From Thermoplasmata archaeon (GTDB lineage Archaea > Thermoplasmatota > Thermoplasmata > UBA10834), in contig DATKWQ010000022.1 in NCBI GenBank assembly GCA_035529455.1, positions 7,418 through 71,417 on the forward strand: a stretch of 64,000 nucleotides of DNA, given 5' to 3'. Position numbers and translations under genes: made by a program. Under the pieces are notes generated by a model. It ran no database searches. It was not told where the DNA came from and worked only from the letters and a program-made list of their open reading frames with translations. Shown here piece after piece: positions 48,620 through 58,500 of the stretch. Every line of letters begins with the position of its first letter. Position 1 is the stretch's first letter.

Positions 48620-48693
48620 GGGGTAGTGGTCTAGCTTGGCATGATCCGTGGTTCGGGACCACGTGACCGTCGGTTCAAATCCGACCTACCCCA
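48620..48693 (+). tRNA. tRNA-Pro (anticodon CGG)
   Basis: Acceptor stem GGGGTAG/CTACCCC; anticodon stem CGTGG/CCACG with loop TTCGGGA (anticodon CGG, G37); T arm GTCGG-TTCAAAT-CCGAC; discriminator A; no encoded CCA. Not in the ORF track. Confidence 0.7.
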
Positions 48694-48779
48694 CTTCTAT
48701 CCCACTGGCCAAATTCTAATTTTGCACTTCTTGGATTTCGACTTGCAGGGGCTTCCGAGCCTGCCGTTGAACACAAGAC

Positions 48780-49616
48780 TCAGACGTCCCGCTTCTGGAA
48801 CCATACGTATGCGAGCATGAGCGGTACTACGGTCCAAAGCAGCTGCGCGAAGGCCAACGAACAGAGGTTGATCCACGGCACGTCGAATTCGAATCCCAGA
48901 AACTCGGTCTGGCCGAATGCCAGCATCGCAGCCGCCTGGTTCCCATCCTGAGGGCTCAGGAAGACCTCGAACCAGAACCAGTCCGGAACGGAGGATGTGT
49001 CCCCTGAGATCAGGTCGTTCATGCTTCCGCCCGTGGCCATGTACAGCCCCATCACAATCATCCCGATGATCATACCCCAGAAGAAGAGCACAACACCAGC
49101 CCCCAGGGAGGTCACGCGTCTCTTCAGCAGGGCGGAGAAGCTCATGGACAGGCTCACATAGAGCAGGCCAAGGAGCATGGTGAACAGCATGAAGACAACA
49201 TATCCGCTCCACTGGGAATGTCCGGTTGTCACCGCGATGACCATGCCAGAGATCCCGAAACCGATAAGGATCGAGAAACATATCACCGATCCCAGTCCCA
49301 AGAACTTGCCGAACAGGACCTCGACCCGTCTCACCGGACAGGCAAGGACAACCGAGAGCGCCCCGCTCTCTGCCTCTCCTGATATTGTCGCGTAGCCGAG
49401 CATTATTGCTATGATTGGGACGAGCATGCTGGATATGCTCATGAGCACACCCACGGTCAGATCCATTTCGCCAATGCTGCCCTTGCCGGCCATGAAGGAT
49501 GAGGCGATCGTCAGTGTCAAGAAGACCGCTATCAGCGCAACAATCCACCTGTTCCTCACGTTGTCGGCGAATTCCTTCTTCGCAATGATGTAGACCGACC
49601 TGGGGTCCAGCGACAT
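48780..49616 (-). CDS. ABC-2 family transporter permease (6 TM)
   Basis: 278 aa, hydrophobic TM segments throughout; start codon abuts the stop of the upstream ATPase gene. Confidence 0.75.
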   Translation of the reverse strand: MSLDPRSVYIIAKKEFADNVRNRWIVALIAVFLTLTIASSFMAGKGSIGEMDLTVGVLMSISSMLVPIIAIMLGYATISGEAESGALSVVLACPVRRVEVLFGKFLGLGSVICFSILIGFGISGMVIAVTTGHSQWSGYVVFMLFTMLLGLLYVSLSMSFSALLKRRVTSLGAGVVLFFWGMIIGMIVMGLYMATGGSMNDLISGDTSSVPDWFWFEVFLSPQDGNQAAAMLAFGQTEFLGFEFDVPWINLCSLAFAQLLWTVVPLMLAYVWFQKRDV

Positions 49617-50546
49617 CTACGGCTCACCCTCCTCCGAGAGCAACTTCACGAACGCCTCCTCCAGGGTCGGCTCGAGCGTCCTGAAATCCTCGATGACCAG
49701 CCCCCTCTCCTGCATCGCGATCATCGCCCTCAACCGCACGCTGGCATCACAGGTAACAATCAAGATATCGTCCTTCGCAGCTGCGTCCTCGACACCTTCG
49801 ATACCCCGAATCCATGATAATGTCTTCTCGTCCAAACCAGGGCTCCGAATCCACAGCCGCGGCCTAATGTGGAGGCCGCCACTGATGTTGTCGATCGTGT
49901 CTTCTGCCACGAGCCTGCCTTTGTCGATTATCGCAATCCTGTGGCAGAGCGCCTGGACCTCTGAGAGAACATGCGACGAGAATATTATCGTGGCGCCCTG
50001 CTCGTTCAGAGTCCTGAGCTTGTCCCTTACGGCCTTGACCCACCTGGCATCCAGGCCTCCAGTGGGTTCGTCCAGCACGTATATGGAGGGGGTTCCAATC
50101 ATCGCCTGCGCTAAGCCCAGCAACTGTGTCATCCCCTTGGAGAAAGTACCCACTCTCCTATAAGCGGCGTCCTCCAAGCCCACATCCCTGATGAGCGAGG
50201 GCACGACGGATTTGTCGACATCGCGCAACTCGCAGAAGAAGTTCAACGTCTGGATTGGCGTGAGATTGTCATAGAATGATATGCGCTCTGGCAGGAACCC
50301 CACATCCCTGCGCAGCTCCACTCCACCTCCATTCACCAGCTTTCCGTTTATGAATGCCTCTCCGGATGTGGGATGGAACAGGCCCATTATCATCTTGATC
50401 GTAGTGCTCTTACCCGCGCCGTTTGGCCCCAGGAATCCGTATATCTCGCCCTTGCGGACCTTCATGCTGAGGGAGTCCACAGCCAGAACGTCCTTGAACC
50501 TCTTCGTTAGGTTCCTGGTCTCAATGACAGTAGGCGAATCTTGCAT
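49617..50546 (-). CDS. ABC transporter ATP-binding protein with C-terminal extension domain
   Basis: Walker A GPNGAGKST, signature region, Walker B VLDEPTGGLD, H-loop; roughly 309 aa. Confidence 0.85.
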   Translation of the reverse strand: MQDSPTVIETRNLTKRFKDVLAVDSLSMKVRKGEIYGFLGPNGAGKSTTIKMIMGLFHPTSGEAFINGKLVNGGGVELRRDVGFLPERISFYDNLTPIQTLNFFCELRDVDKSVVPSLIRDVGLEDAAYRRVGTFSKGMTQLLGLAQAMIGTPSIYVLDEPTGGLDARWVKAVRDKLRTLNEQGATIIFSSHVLSEVQALCHRIAIIDKGRLVAEDTIDNISGGLHIRPRLWIRSPGLDEKTLSWIRGIEGVEDAAAKDDILIVTCDASVRLRAMIAMQERGLVIEDFRTLEPTLEEAFVKLLSEEGEP

Positions 50547-50730
50547 GTCACTCTCTCCGGATCATCGTTTTTGACAGAGAAGCAAAGTCGCAACTCTTCC
50601 CTCTCCAGTCTGAGTGCATTACTCCCATTTCCGACACATCATGGAAATGCGACTATTAATGCCTACCAGCGAGAGGGCGGATTAGTTGAGAGCGAAGAAT
50701 CGCTGTGTTCGAGCGCAACGCAGGACGACA

Positions 50731-51141
50731 TCATCTCCGCAGTGTGAGATGGCTGTCGACCACCTCAACAATCTTCGCGTAGAGTGTGCCTCTGGCAGCT
50801 TCGACCCGGGCCGCCTCCGCGGTTCCCACGTCGAAGCTGTCCTCAGACGAATGCCGCACGAGCTCGGCCTGAAGCACATACGAGTTCATGCTTCGATTCC
50901 AAAACCAGGAAGCACTTCCGAACTGGATGTACTCTGAATCCTCTTCAGCGACGTACTTCGGGTCCTTGAACAACCTTAGATCAGACGGGGTGTTCTGAAC
51001 GCAGAAGGCCAAATAGGCAATCATATAACGTATAGTCGAGCCTTGTTCCGCATCACGGGAGATTCGTTTGACACTGTGCGCGTTCAAACCATCTTCGGCC
51101 ACGAAATGGCATAGCAACTCTGGAGCGTGAAGCATGCACAT
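50731..51141 (-). CDS. Hypothetical small protein (136 aa from ATG 51141)
   Basis: ORF between the peptidase and ABC genes on the same strand. The 179-aa ORF-track version has an Arg-rich, probably non-coding N-terminus. No recognizable motif. Confidence 0.3.
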   Translation of the reverse strand: MCMLHAPELLCHFVAEDGLNAHSVKRISRDAEQGSTIRYMIAYLAFCVQNTPSDLRLFKDPKYVAEEDSEYIQFGSASWFWNRSMNSYVLQAELVRHSSEDSFDVGTAEAARVEAARGTLYAKIVEVVDSHLTLRR

Positions 51142-51368
51142 TGACTTACATGATCTCGAGCGTGACGCTGTAGTCACACTCACGCGGGGCACGCCTCTCC
51201 GAACCCGCCCAGGCCTGGAGGGGATTGACCCCCTCGGTTCGATTGGCCGCGCACATCTTGCGTCAATCATTCCACGCCAAGATACGCGTAGAGCTCCCCC
51301 CTAATAGCGAAGACAATGAGCGAAGATCAGTATGTCGTTCTCCGAAAATGGATGAGCGCATTTGCGCA

Positions 51369-54158
51369 TCATTCTGCGCCGGGTCCAGCGTCCCGACGCT
51401 TCTTGCGGTACAGGCTCACGGCGATGAGCGATATCAGCACGGCGAGGACGGGTACGAGCAGGATGGAGAACTCAGGGATGGCCTCTTCGCCGCCAACTTC
51501 GACCTCCACGCTGTCAGTCGAAGTCAGCCCGCTCCCGTCCCGTATCTCGACGAAGACCGTGTAAGACCCTGGCTGAAGGAACTGATGGGACTCTTCGAGG
51601 CCAACAGACCAGTCTGTGTCCCAATTGCCATCACCATCCCAGTCCCAACGAGCCTCGAGCTCCTCAGCCGAAGTCTCCGCGTCCGATGACCCAGACGCGT
51701 CAAACTCGAAGACTGTCTGTGTATCACCCTGTTGAACATCCACGATGAGCGAGGCAACCGGTGGAGTGTTGACGATCAAGCTGATCTGGACCGTGTCCCA
51801 ATCCGAATCGAAATGCACGACATCATCGCTGACCTCAGCCACGACGATATAGGGCGCTTCCGCGCTCTCTGGGCAGGTGTAATCGAAGGAGAATACCATC
51901 GGCGTATCTGGCTCGGGCGTATCCACCTCGGTCATCTCGACGCCCAACGCAGCTATTCTGAGCGTTACGGTGACTGAGTCCCCCTCTGTGTCAGTGACTT
52001 CGACATCGAATCGGATCGAGTCTCCAGGCGAGTAGTACTCAGACGCAGGAGATATTGTCATTGAGTCCGCGACCGGCTTCTCGTTTTCGTCTCTGACGTG
52101 GACGATGGCCGATTCGCTGACATTGTTGTCGTACTCATCCGACAACCATAGGGTCATGTCGAAGTTGCCGACGCTTGTGTAAGTATGCGATGCCGAATAC
52201 CCTTCTGCGGGATTACCCTTGGTCACGGAGCTGTCGTCACCCCAGTCATACCAGAAATCCAGGGTTGAGTGAGAGGGATTGACGATGTCAAAGGGTGTGA
52301 CGACCAGCGCTTCGTTGTACACAGCATCGTAGGACTCCTCCATAGAGAACTCCGGTGGGACGACGCCTATGCTGATCGCGTCCAACCATGCCGTGTCGTC
52401 GTAGGCGCTGATGCTCGGGCCCTTGGTGTAGTTCCAGTACATCGTTTGAGTCCCTTCACCCAGTGAATGCGTCTCCTCGCTCCATCCCGCTTCTCCGGTG
52501 GCAGAGGAATAGACATCACTATCCGGTACCGCGAACGAGAGTATGTCATCTCCATTCTCAGACGACACTCTCCATGAGAAAGTGATCGTTGCGGGCCCAG
52601 TCATCGACAATGCCAAAGAGGTGCACTCACCGTCGGCCACATCCCCGCTCTGCATCGAAGCTTCATCAGATGCCGAGGAGTCCAAGACAGCCACCCATTC
52701 CACCTCTGACTCTGAGAAGAGCTCAAGACCAGCCGAGTCCAAGGCAACACCCGCATCTATGGCGTCGTACCGTGGCAGAGAGACGGTGACCGTGGCAGGC
52801 GTCGATCTTGGCACATCGTCGGACTGCCCTGAGGTCCGTGTGGCCACGCCAGGGACGTAATCCCCACTGTATGATGTGACCTTGAATGAGGAGATGGTTC
52901 CTCTCGACGATGACGGCCCGATGTCCAGGAAGAACTCCTCAGACGAACTCTCGTACAACGCTGCGAACTCGGTTATGTCCAGGCACATGTACGTTGGGAA
53001 CTGATGAGCTGCGACCCTGTCAGGGGTGAAGAACGGGCTCTTTGACGCCAGAGGGGACGAGGAAGGTCCGATGCCCAACTCGAGGGACGCGCTCCGCGAT
53101 GGGGCATCGTTGAAGTGCCAGCTCGCTACCAGCTCTGGCGAGTAATCCTCGATGTCGGAGATGTAATTCAGGTCTGAGAGACCGAGGATTCCCAACTCCA
53201 TCATTGTCTCATACGTGAACCAGTAGAAGCCTTCGTCACCCCAATCGCTACCCCAGGAGTTCACGACCCAGAACGCCCCGACATCCCCGTCGTCGGTCAC
53301 CGTGTCATCGTACCCGACCACGGTCTGGGCGTGATTGAGCGATATCGAGGAATACTCGTCCGATGAGATGATAAAGTTGGAGTCGGCGAACGCTGGGCTG
53401 AACTCGTTCGCGTCTATGCCGAATGTGACGGGTGTGCCTTCCGACACCAGCAGCTTGATCTCGTCTATGGTCGATGCGCCGGTGTAGTCGATGTGGAAAA
53501 CCTCGTCCGCACGGTGAGCTGGCGCCTCGCGGAAGGCGGATGCGGAGCCCAAATCGAGATACTCGTGCTCGTCGAACGGCATCGTCTGCATCGTTGCCGC
53601 GCCCCAGTCTCTGACAACAATCAGGTTCTCTTCCATCCCAGAGCCGGAGTCCCGGCCGTTGTTGGCCCGACTGTAGGTCCATGCAGGAGATATGAGCTGG
53701 CCGGGCTCTCCAGACGACGCGAGAGTCCAGTCGTTGTCGACCGATTCAAGGAAGCCGTAGGCGTAATACGCGGCGGCCCAGGCGGCACACGATGGTTGAG
53801 AAGCCTGATTACCCACAGCGGGGAACGTCGGCAACACCGACAAGTCCACGGCTCCGGGCAGCGCCTCGAAGTCCGCCTCGATGGAATCCAGCACATTCAC
53901 GCTTCCAACCATCGCAAGCAGTTGTTCCTCCGTCGGCGGGGCCAACCCCGTCCCGAACCCATTCACCAAGACGTTGTAATCCGTGGAGGAGTCACGCACT
54001 CCAAACGCCGCGCGGATGCCGTCGATGTCCTCAATGGTCATCTTGTGGAAATTGTACACTGGCTCGGATGATGGCAGGGGCGATGCCAGCGTTGCTGGAA
54101 GAGCTGACGAAAGGCAGATAACCAACGCAATCATCAAAGAGAAACGTGTGAACACCAT
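51369..54158 (-). CDS. Secreted papain-like (C1 family) cysteine peptidase with multiple PKD/Ig-like domains and PEF-CTERM anchor
   Basis: Signal peptide MVFTRFSLMIALVICLSSALPATLA (ATG 54158); C1 catalytic motifs Q...SCAAWAAAYY (Cys), NHAQTVVGYDD (His), VVNSWGSDWGDEGFYWF (Asn-Ser-Trp); PKD-like WDWDGDGNWD... repeats; C-terminus AIPEFSILLVPVLAVLISLIAVSLYRKKRRD. Confidence 0.8.
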   Translation of the reverse strand: MVFTRFSLMIALVICLSSALPATLASPLPSSEPVYNFHKMTIEDIDGIRAAFGVRDSSTDYNVLVNGFGTGLAPPTEEQLLAMVGSVNVLDSIEADFEALPGAVDLSVLPTFPAVGNQASQPSCAAWAAAYYAYGFLESVDNDWTLASSGEPGQLISPAWTYSRANNGRDSGSGMEENLIVVRDWGAATMQTMPFDEHEYLDLGSASAFREAPAHRADEVFHIDYTGASTIDEIKLLVSEGTPVTFGIDANEFSPAFADSNFIISSDEYSSISLNHAQTVVGYDDTVTDDGDVGAFWVVNSWGSDWGDEGFYWFTYETMMELGILGLSDLNYISDIEDYSPELVASWHFNDAPSRSASLELGIGPSSSPLASKSPFFTPDRVAAHQFPTYMCLDITEFAALYESSSEEFFLDIGPSSSRGTISSFKVTSYSGDYVPGVATRTSGQSDDVPRSTPATVTVSLPRYDAIDAGVALDSAGLELFSESEVEWVAVLDSSASDEASMQSGDVADGECTSLALSMTGPATITFSWRVSSENGDDILSFAVPDSDVYSSATGEAGWSEETHSLGEGTQTMYWNYTKGPSISAYDDTAWLDAISIGVVPPEFSMEESYDAVYNEALVVTPFDIVNPSHSTLDFWYDWGDDSSVTKGNPAEGYSASHTYTSVGNFDMTLWLSDEYDNNVSESAIVHVRDENEKPVADSMTISPASEYYSPGDSIRFDVEVTDTEGDSVTVTLRIAALGVEMTEVDTPEPDTPMVFSFDYTCPESAEAPYIVVAEVSDDVVHFDSDWDTVQISLIVNTPPVASLIVDVQQGDTQTVFEFDASGSSDAETSAEELEARWDWDGDGNWDTDWSVGLEESHQFLQPGSYTVFVEIRDGSGLTSTDSVEVEVGGEEAIPEFSILLVPVLAVLISLIAVSLYRKKRRDAGPGAE

Positions 54159-54282
54159 CGTAATCACCGAAGGTCTCTGGAGGTGCTGATACTGACCGAC
54201 CCTATTTTTATCTTTGCGCCTCAAACGGTAAGACTCTGAAGAGTGCCGAGCCATTGCGTTCTGGCTCCGCCAGGACGGTTGA

Positions 54283-54425
54283 GAGCAACAGAGGGCTGCG
54301 GTCACTCGCGCATTCGCGATGAACCCGGAAATACTGCTTGCGGACGAGCCAACAGGCAACCTTGATTCCGAGACTGGCCAGCAGATATGGGGCCCCTCAA
54401 GAAGATCATCGCCGTAACACGTTGA
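54283..54425 (+). pseudogene. Decayed 3' fragment of an ABC-transporter ATPase gene (MacB/LolD-like signature to D-loop region)
   Basis: Translates [36 protein letters not shown].., i.e. the [28 protein letters not shown] region. It is preceded by an in-frame TGA where the LSGG codons should be, is frameshifted after GQQIW, and has no upstream Walker A. Confidence 0.5.
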
Positions 54426-54588
54426 GGTGAGGCTTCGAGCAGCGCTGATCGCGCAATTCATCAGCGGTCTGGTATGCGCTTGCCTGGAAAGACGAACACC
54501 GCCAAGGCCGTCTTTCGGTGGATGGTTCAGATAGGAGAGCGACCTCGGCTCGCGTGAACGGTCATCGAAGTCGAATTCGGAAGAAACG

Positions 54589-54595
54589 TATTTAT
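54589..54595 (+). promoter_or_regulatory. TATA-like element (tatttat) roughly 30 nt upstream of tRNA-Gly
   Basis: acgtatttatcagg located 29-35 nt before the tRNA 5' end. Confidence 0.3.
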
Positions 54596-54623
54596 CAGGC
54601 TATGGATTACTTCGCCAAGGCAA

Positions 54624-54735
54624 GCAGGTGTAATCTAGTCTGGTCAGGATTTTGGCCTTCCAACTCCTCCAGAAGTGAATTAAAATTGGAGAGGGACGAA
54701 AGCCAACGGCCCGGGTTCGAATCCCGGCACCTGCA
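54624..54735 (+). tRNA. tRNA-Gly (anticodon UCC) with a 38-nt intron at the canonical 37/38 position
   Basis: Acceptor GCAGGTG/CACCTGC; D arm ATCT-AGTCTGGTCA-GGAT; anticodon stem TTGGC/GCCAA with loop CTTCCA|intron|A (U33, anticodon TCC, A37); intron roughly 54663-54700 contains CTCCTCCAG...TGGAGAGG, which can pair; variable loop CGGC; T arm CCGGG-TTCGAAT-CCCGG; discriminator A. Mature length 74 nt. Missed by the ORF track, which instead shows overlapping spurious ORFs. Confidence 0.65.
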
Positions 54736-55003
54736 CCTTCGCTCCCCTGAGTCCAACCTGGAACCGCCACCTTTCCGTGACGGCACGAGGCCCATCCGAC
54801 TCCTCTCCAAGGGTGGAAGCATGCACCTCAGCTACCGCCGACTCGAACCACTTCGACCCCGAGAGGAGGAGTGGCTGGAACCGACGATGTGGCGGGAAGC
54901 CAGACGTTCTTGTCCATTACGAGACGAGTCAAGAGACCGGCCGGCCTGTCGCCATTTCATCGGCGTAGCCGACCTCACCAGTCTCAAACGTTCTCTGCCC
55001 GTT

Positions 55004-55234
55004 TCAGCTGGTCTCCGCGCACTCCATGGCCAATGACAGAGATCCACCTTCGAAAGTCAGGCCCGCGTCGATCTCCCTGAGTTCACCCAGTAGACCAATG
55101 ATGTCTTGGACATCTTCACCTTGAGCCTTCATCTCTCCAGCGAGGTCCTCCAGATCATGGACCGTGTGAGTACGGACCCACTCGATCGCCTGGGCGTTCC
55201 GCGCCGCAGCCCGCGCAGTCTTCCTGTTCAGCAT
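55004..55234 (-). CDS. Possible small protein (76 aa, helical)
   Basis: ORF MLNRKTARAAARNAQAIEWVRTH... in the otherwise non-coding 54736-55504 region. A palindromic AT-rich atatttaaatatt lies about 60 nt upstream on its strand. No homology assignable. Confidence 0.25.
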   Translation of the reverse strand: MLNRKTARAAARNAQAIEWVRTHTVHDLEDLAGEMKAQGEDVQDIIGLLGELREIDAGLTFEGGSLSLAMECAETS

Positions 55235-55504
55235 TGCATCCCATCCGCGCTTTTGTCTGACATTTCGTCAGCTGATTGCCCTTATTGGATTTCCAAATAT
55301 TTAAATATTGTCCAAATAACTTCCGCAACCCATAAAATCGTCAGACCAGGTAAGATCGGGCCGCGCCATGATTACTGACGGCACCATAACATCTGGACGA
55401 GCCCATAAATAACAGGACGCGCATGTAGACATGCGCAGCGCGTCAGACAAGACATGATCTGAGCGGACTCGGCGCAAGCGGCTGCGGACTCCACGGCCTG
55501 CAAA

Positions 55505-58500
55505 ATGATTTATGAAGACAAATCATTCAGTCGACTGAACAAGGGTGAACAAGGTTTGGGGATATTCGATTCGTTATTGAACAAGGAGAAGAAGCTCCTG
55601 ACCAGGGCTAACAAGGAACTGGCAAAGGTCGATTCACTTATCAGCAGCGGCAGACGCGATGAGGCTTTCTCGACGCTCAAGAAGCAGATATCCACACTCA
55701 ACGAAGGCATGGGCAGCATCGCGAAGATGAAACCGGAGTTCTCCAGGCTGCTGTCCACGATGGGCTCAAAGTCGTCGACCTTGGGAGAATACTCAACGGG
55801 GGAGGACTGTGCCAAGGTTGCGTTGCAGCTCAATCCCAAGAACCCTGAGGCGATGGTGGTTCTCGGGCAGACTGCGCTGAAGCTCGGGCGGGGAGAGGAG
55901 GCGACTTCGTGGCTGAAGAAGGCCACGGAGCAAGAGCCGAAATCGTCTGTCTACTGGGCGCTCCTGGGAGGGACCCATGAGGCGCTCGAGGAGATAACCG
56001 ATGCAATAGCGTGCTACCGGCGCGTCCTCGAGCTCGTTCCGGACGACATAACTCATTACGACAAGATACTCGAGCATGACGCAAAAGACGTGGACATCAT
56101 AAGGCGCAAAGCGAACGCGTTGGTCAGGCTAAAGAGATACGAGGAGGCGATCACCGTATTCCAGAAGGGAATTGACATACAGCCTAAGGACAAGGACCTC
56201 TGGATAGGGATGGGCGCGGCACTCAACTACAATGACAAACCCGAGGATGCCATCAATGCCCTCAACAAGGCGCTCAAACTCGACCCAAAGGACGCCTACA
56301 TACTCGACAACATAGGCAGGATACAGCACAAACTCGGCAACAGGAAGGAGGCACTCAAATGCTTCTCCGAAGCGGTCAAGATGGAGCCGTCGAGTGCGGT
56401 GCTGTGGAACGAGCTTGGGGTCGTCCAGGAGGAGCTGAACTCTTTCGACCAGGCGATAGCTGCGTTCGACAACGCCCTGAAGATCGAGGAGAACAATCTG
56501 AACGTCCTCCTGAACAAGAAGAAGACGCTCATGAAATCCGAGCGTTTCGCCGACGCCATCGGGGTCTGCGACAGAATCATATTGCTCAGCCCGAAGGACC
56601 ACGAGTCGATATTCGACAAGTCCAGAGCATTGCATGCGTTGGAGAGGTACGACGAAGCGCTCACATTCGTGGAAGCCTCGCTGATGCTCTCTCCTGACGC
56701 CAGAAACGCCATGAAGCTCAAGAAGGAGACGCTCATCTGCCTCAACCGGCATGCGGATGTCGTCGCCTGGTCGAACAGGATCCTCAGCGTCAACTCTGGC
56801 GACTACGAGACGATGCACGACAAGGGGATAGCGCTGGTTAAGCTGGGGAAGGTCCACGACGCCATCAAGACTTTCGAGAGGGCGCTGAAGGCCGCGCCTG
56901 ACCAGCTCCCCCTGCTCGACAGCCTGAAGGAGGCGTACAAGCAGATCAAGAAGGATGCCGAGGTCGTGGATGTATGCGACAGGATCCTATCCATCGACCC
57001 TTCCGACAAGAAGGCCAATTTCGACAAGGCGGTCGCCTTGGACAGGATGGACAGGGTCGACGAGGCGGTTATCACATACCTGGCAGCCCTCAAGAATGAC
57101 CCGAATAACGCGGACGTGTTCTACAACATCGCCGCATTGTTCCTAAGGATCGGCAAGAACAAGGAGTCTCTCGATTACATCAAACAGGGCATATCCTCCG
57201 ACCCGTCCAACGCATCGCTGTGGCGATTGAAGGGGAAGGCTACCTTCGCCGAGAAGGACTTCCAGGAATCCGTCAATTCGTGGGAGAAGGCACTCAAGCT
57301 CGACCCGGACGACCTCGCCACCGGCAAGCACCTCGGCAGAGCGCTTATGGAGCTCAAGAGATACGAGGAGGCGTTGGCCAGGTTCGATTCCGTGATAAAA
57401 GCAGACCCGAACGACGTCGAGGCATGGATATTGAAGGCCGACGCGCTCCAGTGGCTCGAGAACATCGACGGGGCGCTTGCGGCGATCAAGCAGGCGTTGA
57501 AGCTGACACCGAACGCTGCCAACCTGCTTCTTAAAATGGGGCGCCTGCTCACAAGACTGGACCGCAGGGAGGAGGCTCTGGCCGCGTACGACTCTGCCCT
57601 GGCCGTGTCGGTCAAGGACCTGGAAGTCCTCAACGAGAAGAAGGAACTGCTGAGATCACTGAAGAGGTACGATGACGTCATCCAGACATGCGACGAGATA
57701 CTGACCGTGTCACCGAACGACAAAGAAGCCTATGTGGACAGAGGGAGCGCTTCGCTTCTGCTCAAGAAACCGAACGACGCGTTGTACGCCTTCAACAAGG
57801 CGCTCGCGATAGACGACGAGGACCTGGACACGCTCGAGTTGAAGAAGCTCGCCCTCAAGGAGCTCGACGACAACGAGGCCGTCGTGGACGTGTGCGACCG
57901 CATCATCGAGCTCAGCCCCAAGAACAAGATCACGCTGGCGGACAGGGCTGGCGCCCTGGAAAAACTCGGCCGGTTTGACGAGGCCTTGGAGAGCTACGGG
58001 AGAGCCATCGCATTGGACCCCAAGGACTTATTCCTGTGGAACCGCAAAGGGTCCTTGCTGCTCAACGGAGGCAAGGCCGCCCAGGCCGCAGAAGCGTTCG
58101 ACCACGCCCTGAAGCTCGACGGCAACCAGCCATTCGTGCTCAACAACCGCGGGAAGTCGTATCTGGAACTCCGGAGATACGAGGAGGCTCTCGCGGATTT
58201 CAACAAGGCAATCGAGATCCTGCCAAAAGTCCCTGAATTCCACACGGACCAAGGAAGGGCGCTCGCCTCGATGGGGAGGTACGACGAGAGCATAGACTCG
58301 TTCACCGAGGCCAGACGTTACACCCCGAACGACATCTCCGCGCTCAAATACATGGGCATGGCGTTGCTCAAACTGAACCGCATCTCCGAGGCTCTAGGTT
58401 GCTTCGACGAGGCGATACGCCAGGGGTCTTTGGACAGGGACCTCTGGACCAGCAAGGCCAAGGCGTCAGAGGCCGCTGGGGAGAAACAGGAGGCGGCCAG

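Noticed and set aside
48697-49548. 283-aa alternative-frame ORF overlapping the ABC permease
   Set aside because: The permease frame has consistent TM helices; this frame does not.
54159-54461. 101-codon N-terminal extension of the C1 peptidase ORF
   Set aside because: The real start at 54158 gives a canonical signal peptide; the extension would bury it internally.
54518-55036. 172-aa plus-strand ORF and 71-aa minus-strand ORF over 54607-54822
   Set aside because: They overlap the tRNA-Gly cloverleaf and intron; composition is Arg/Ser/Pro-rich.
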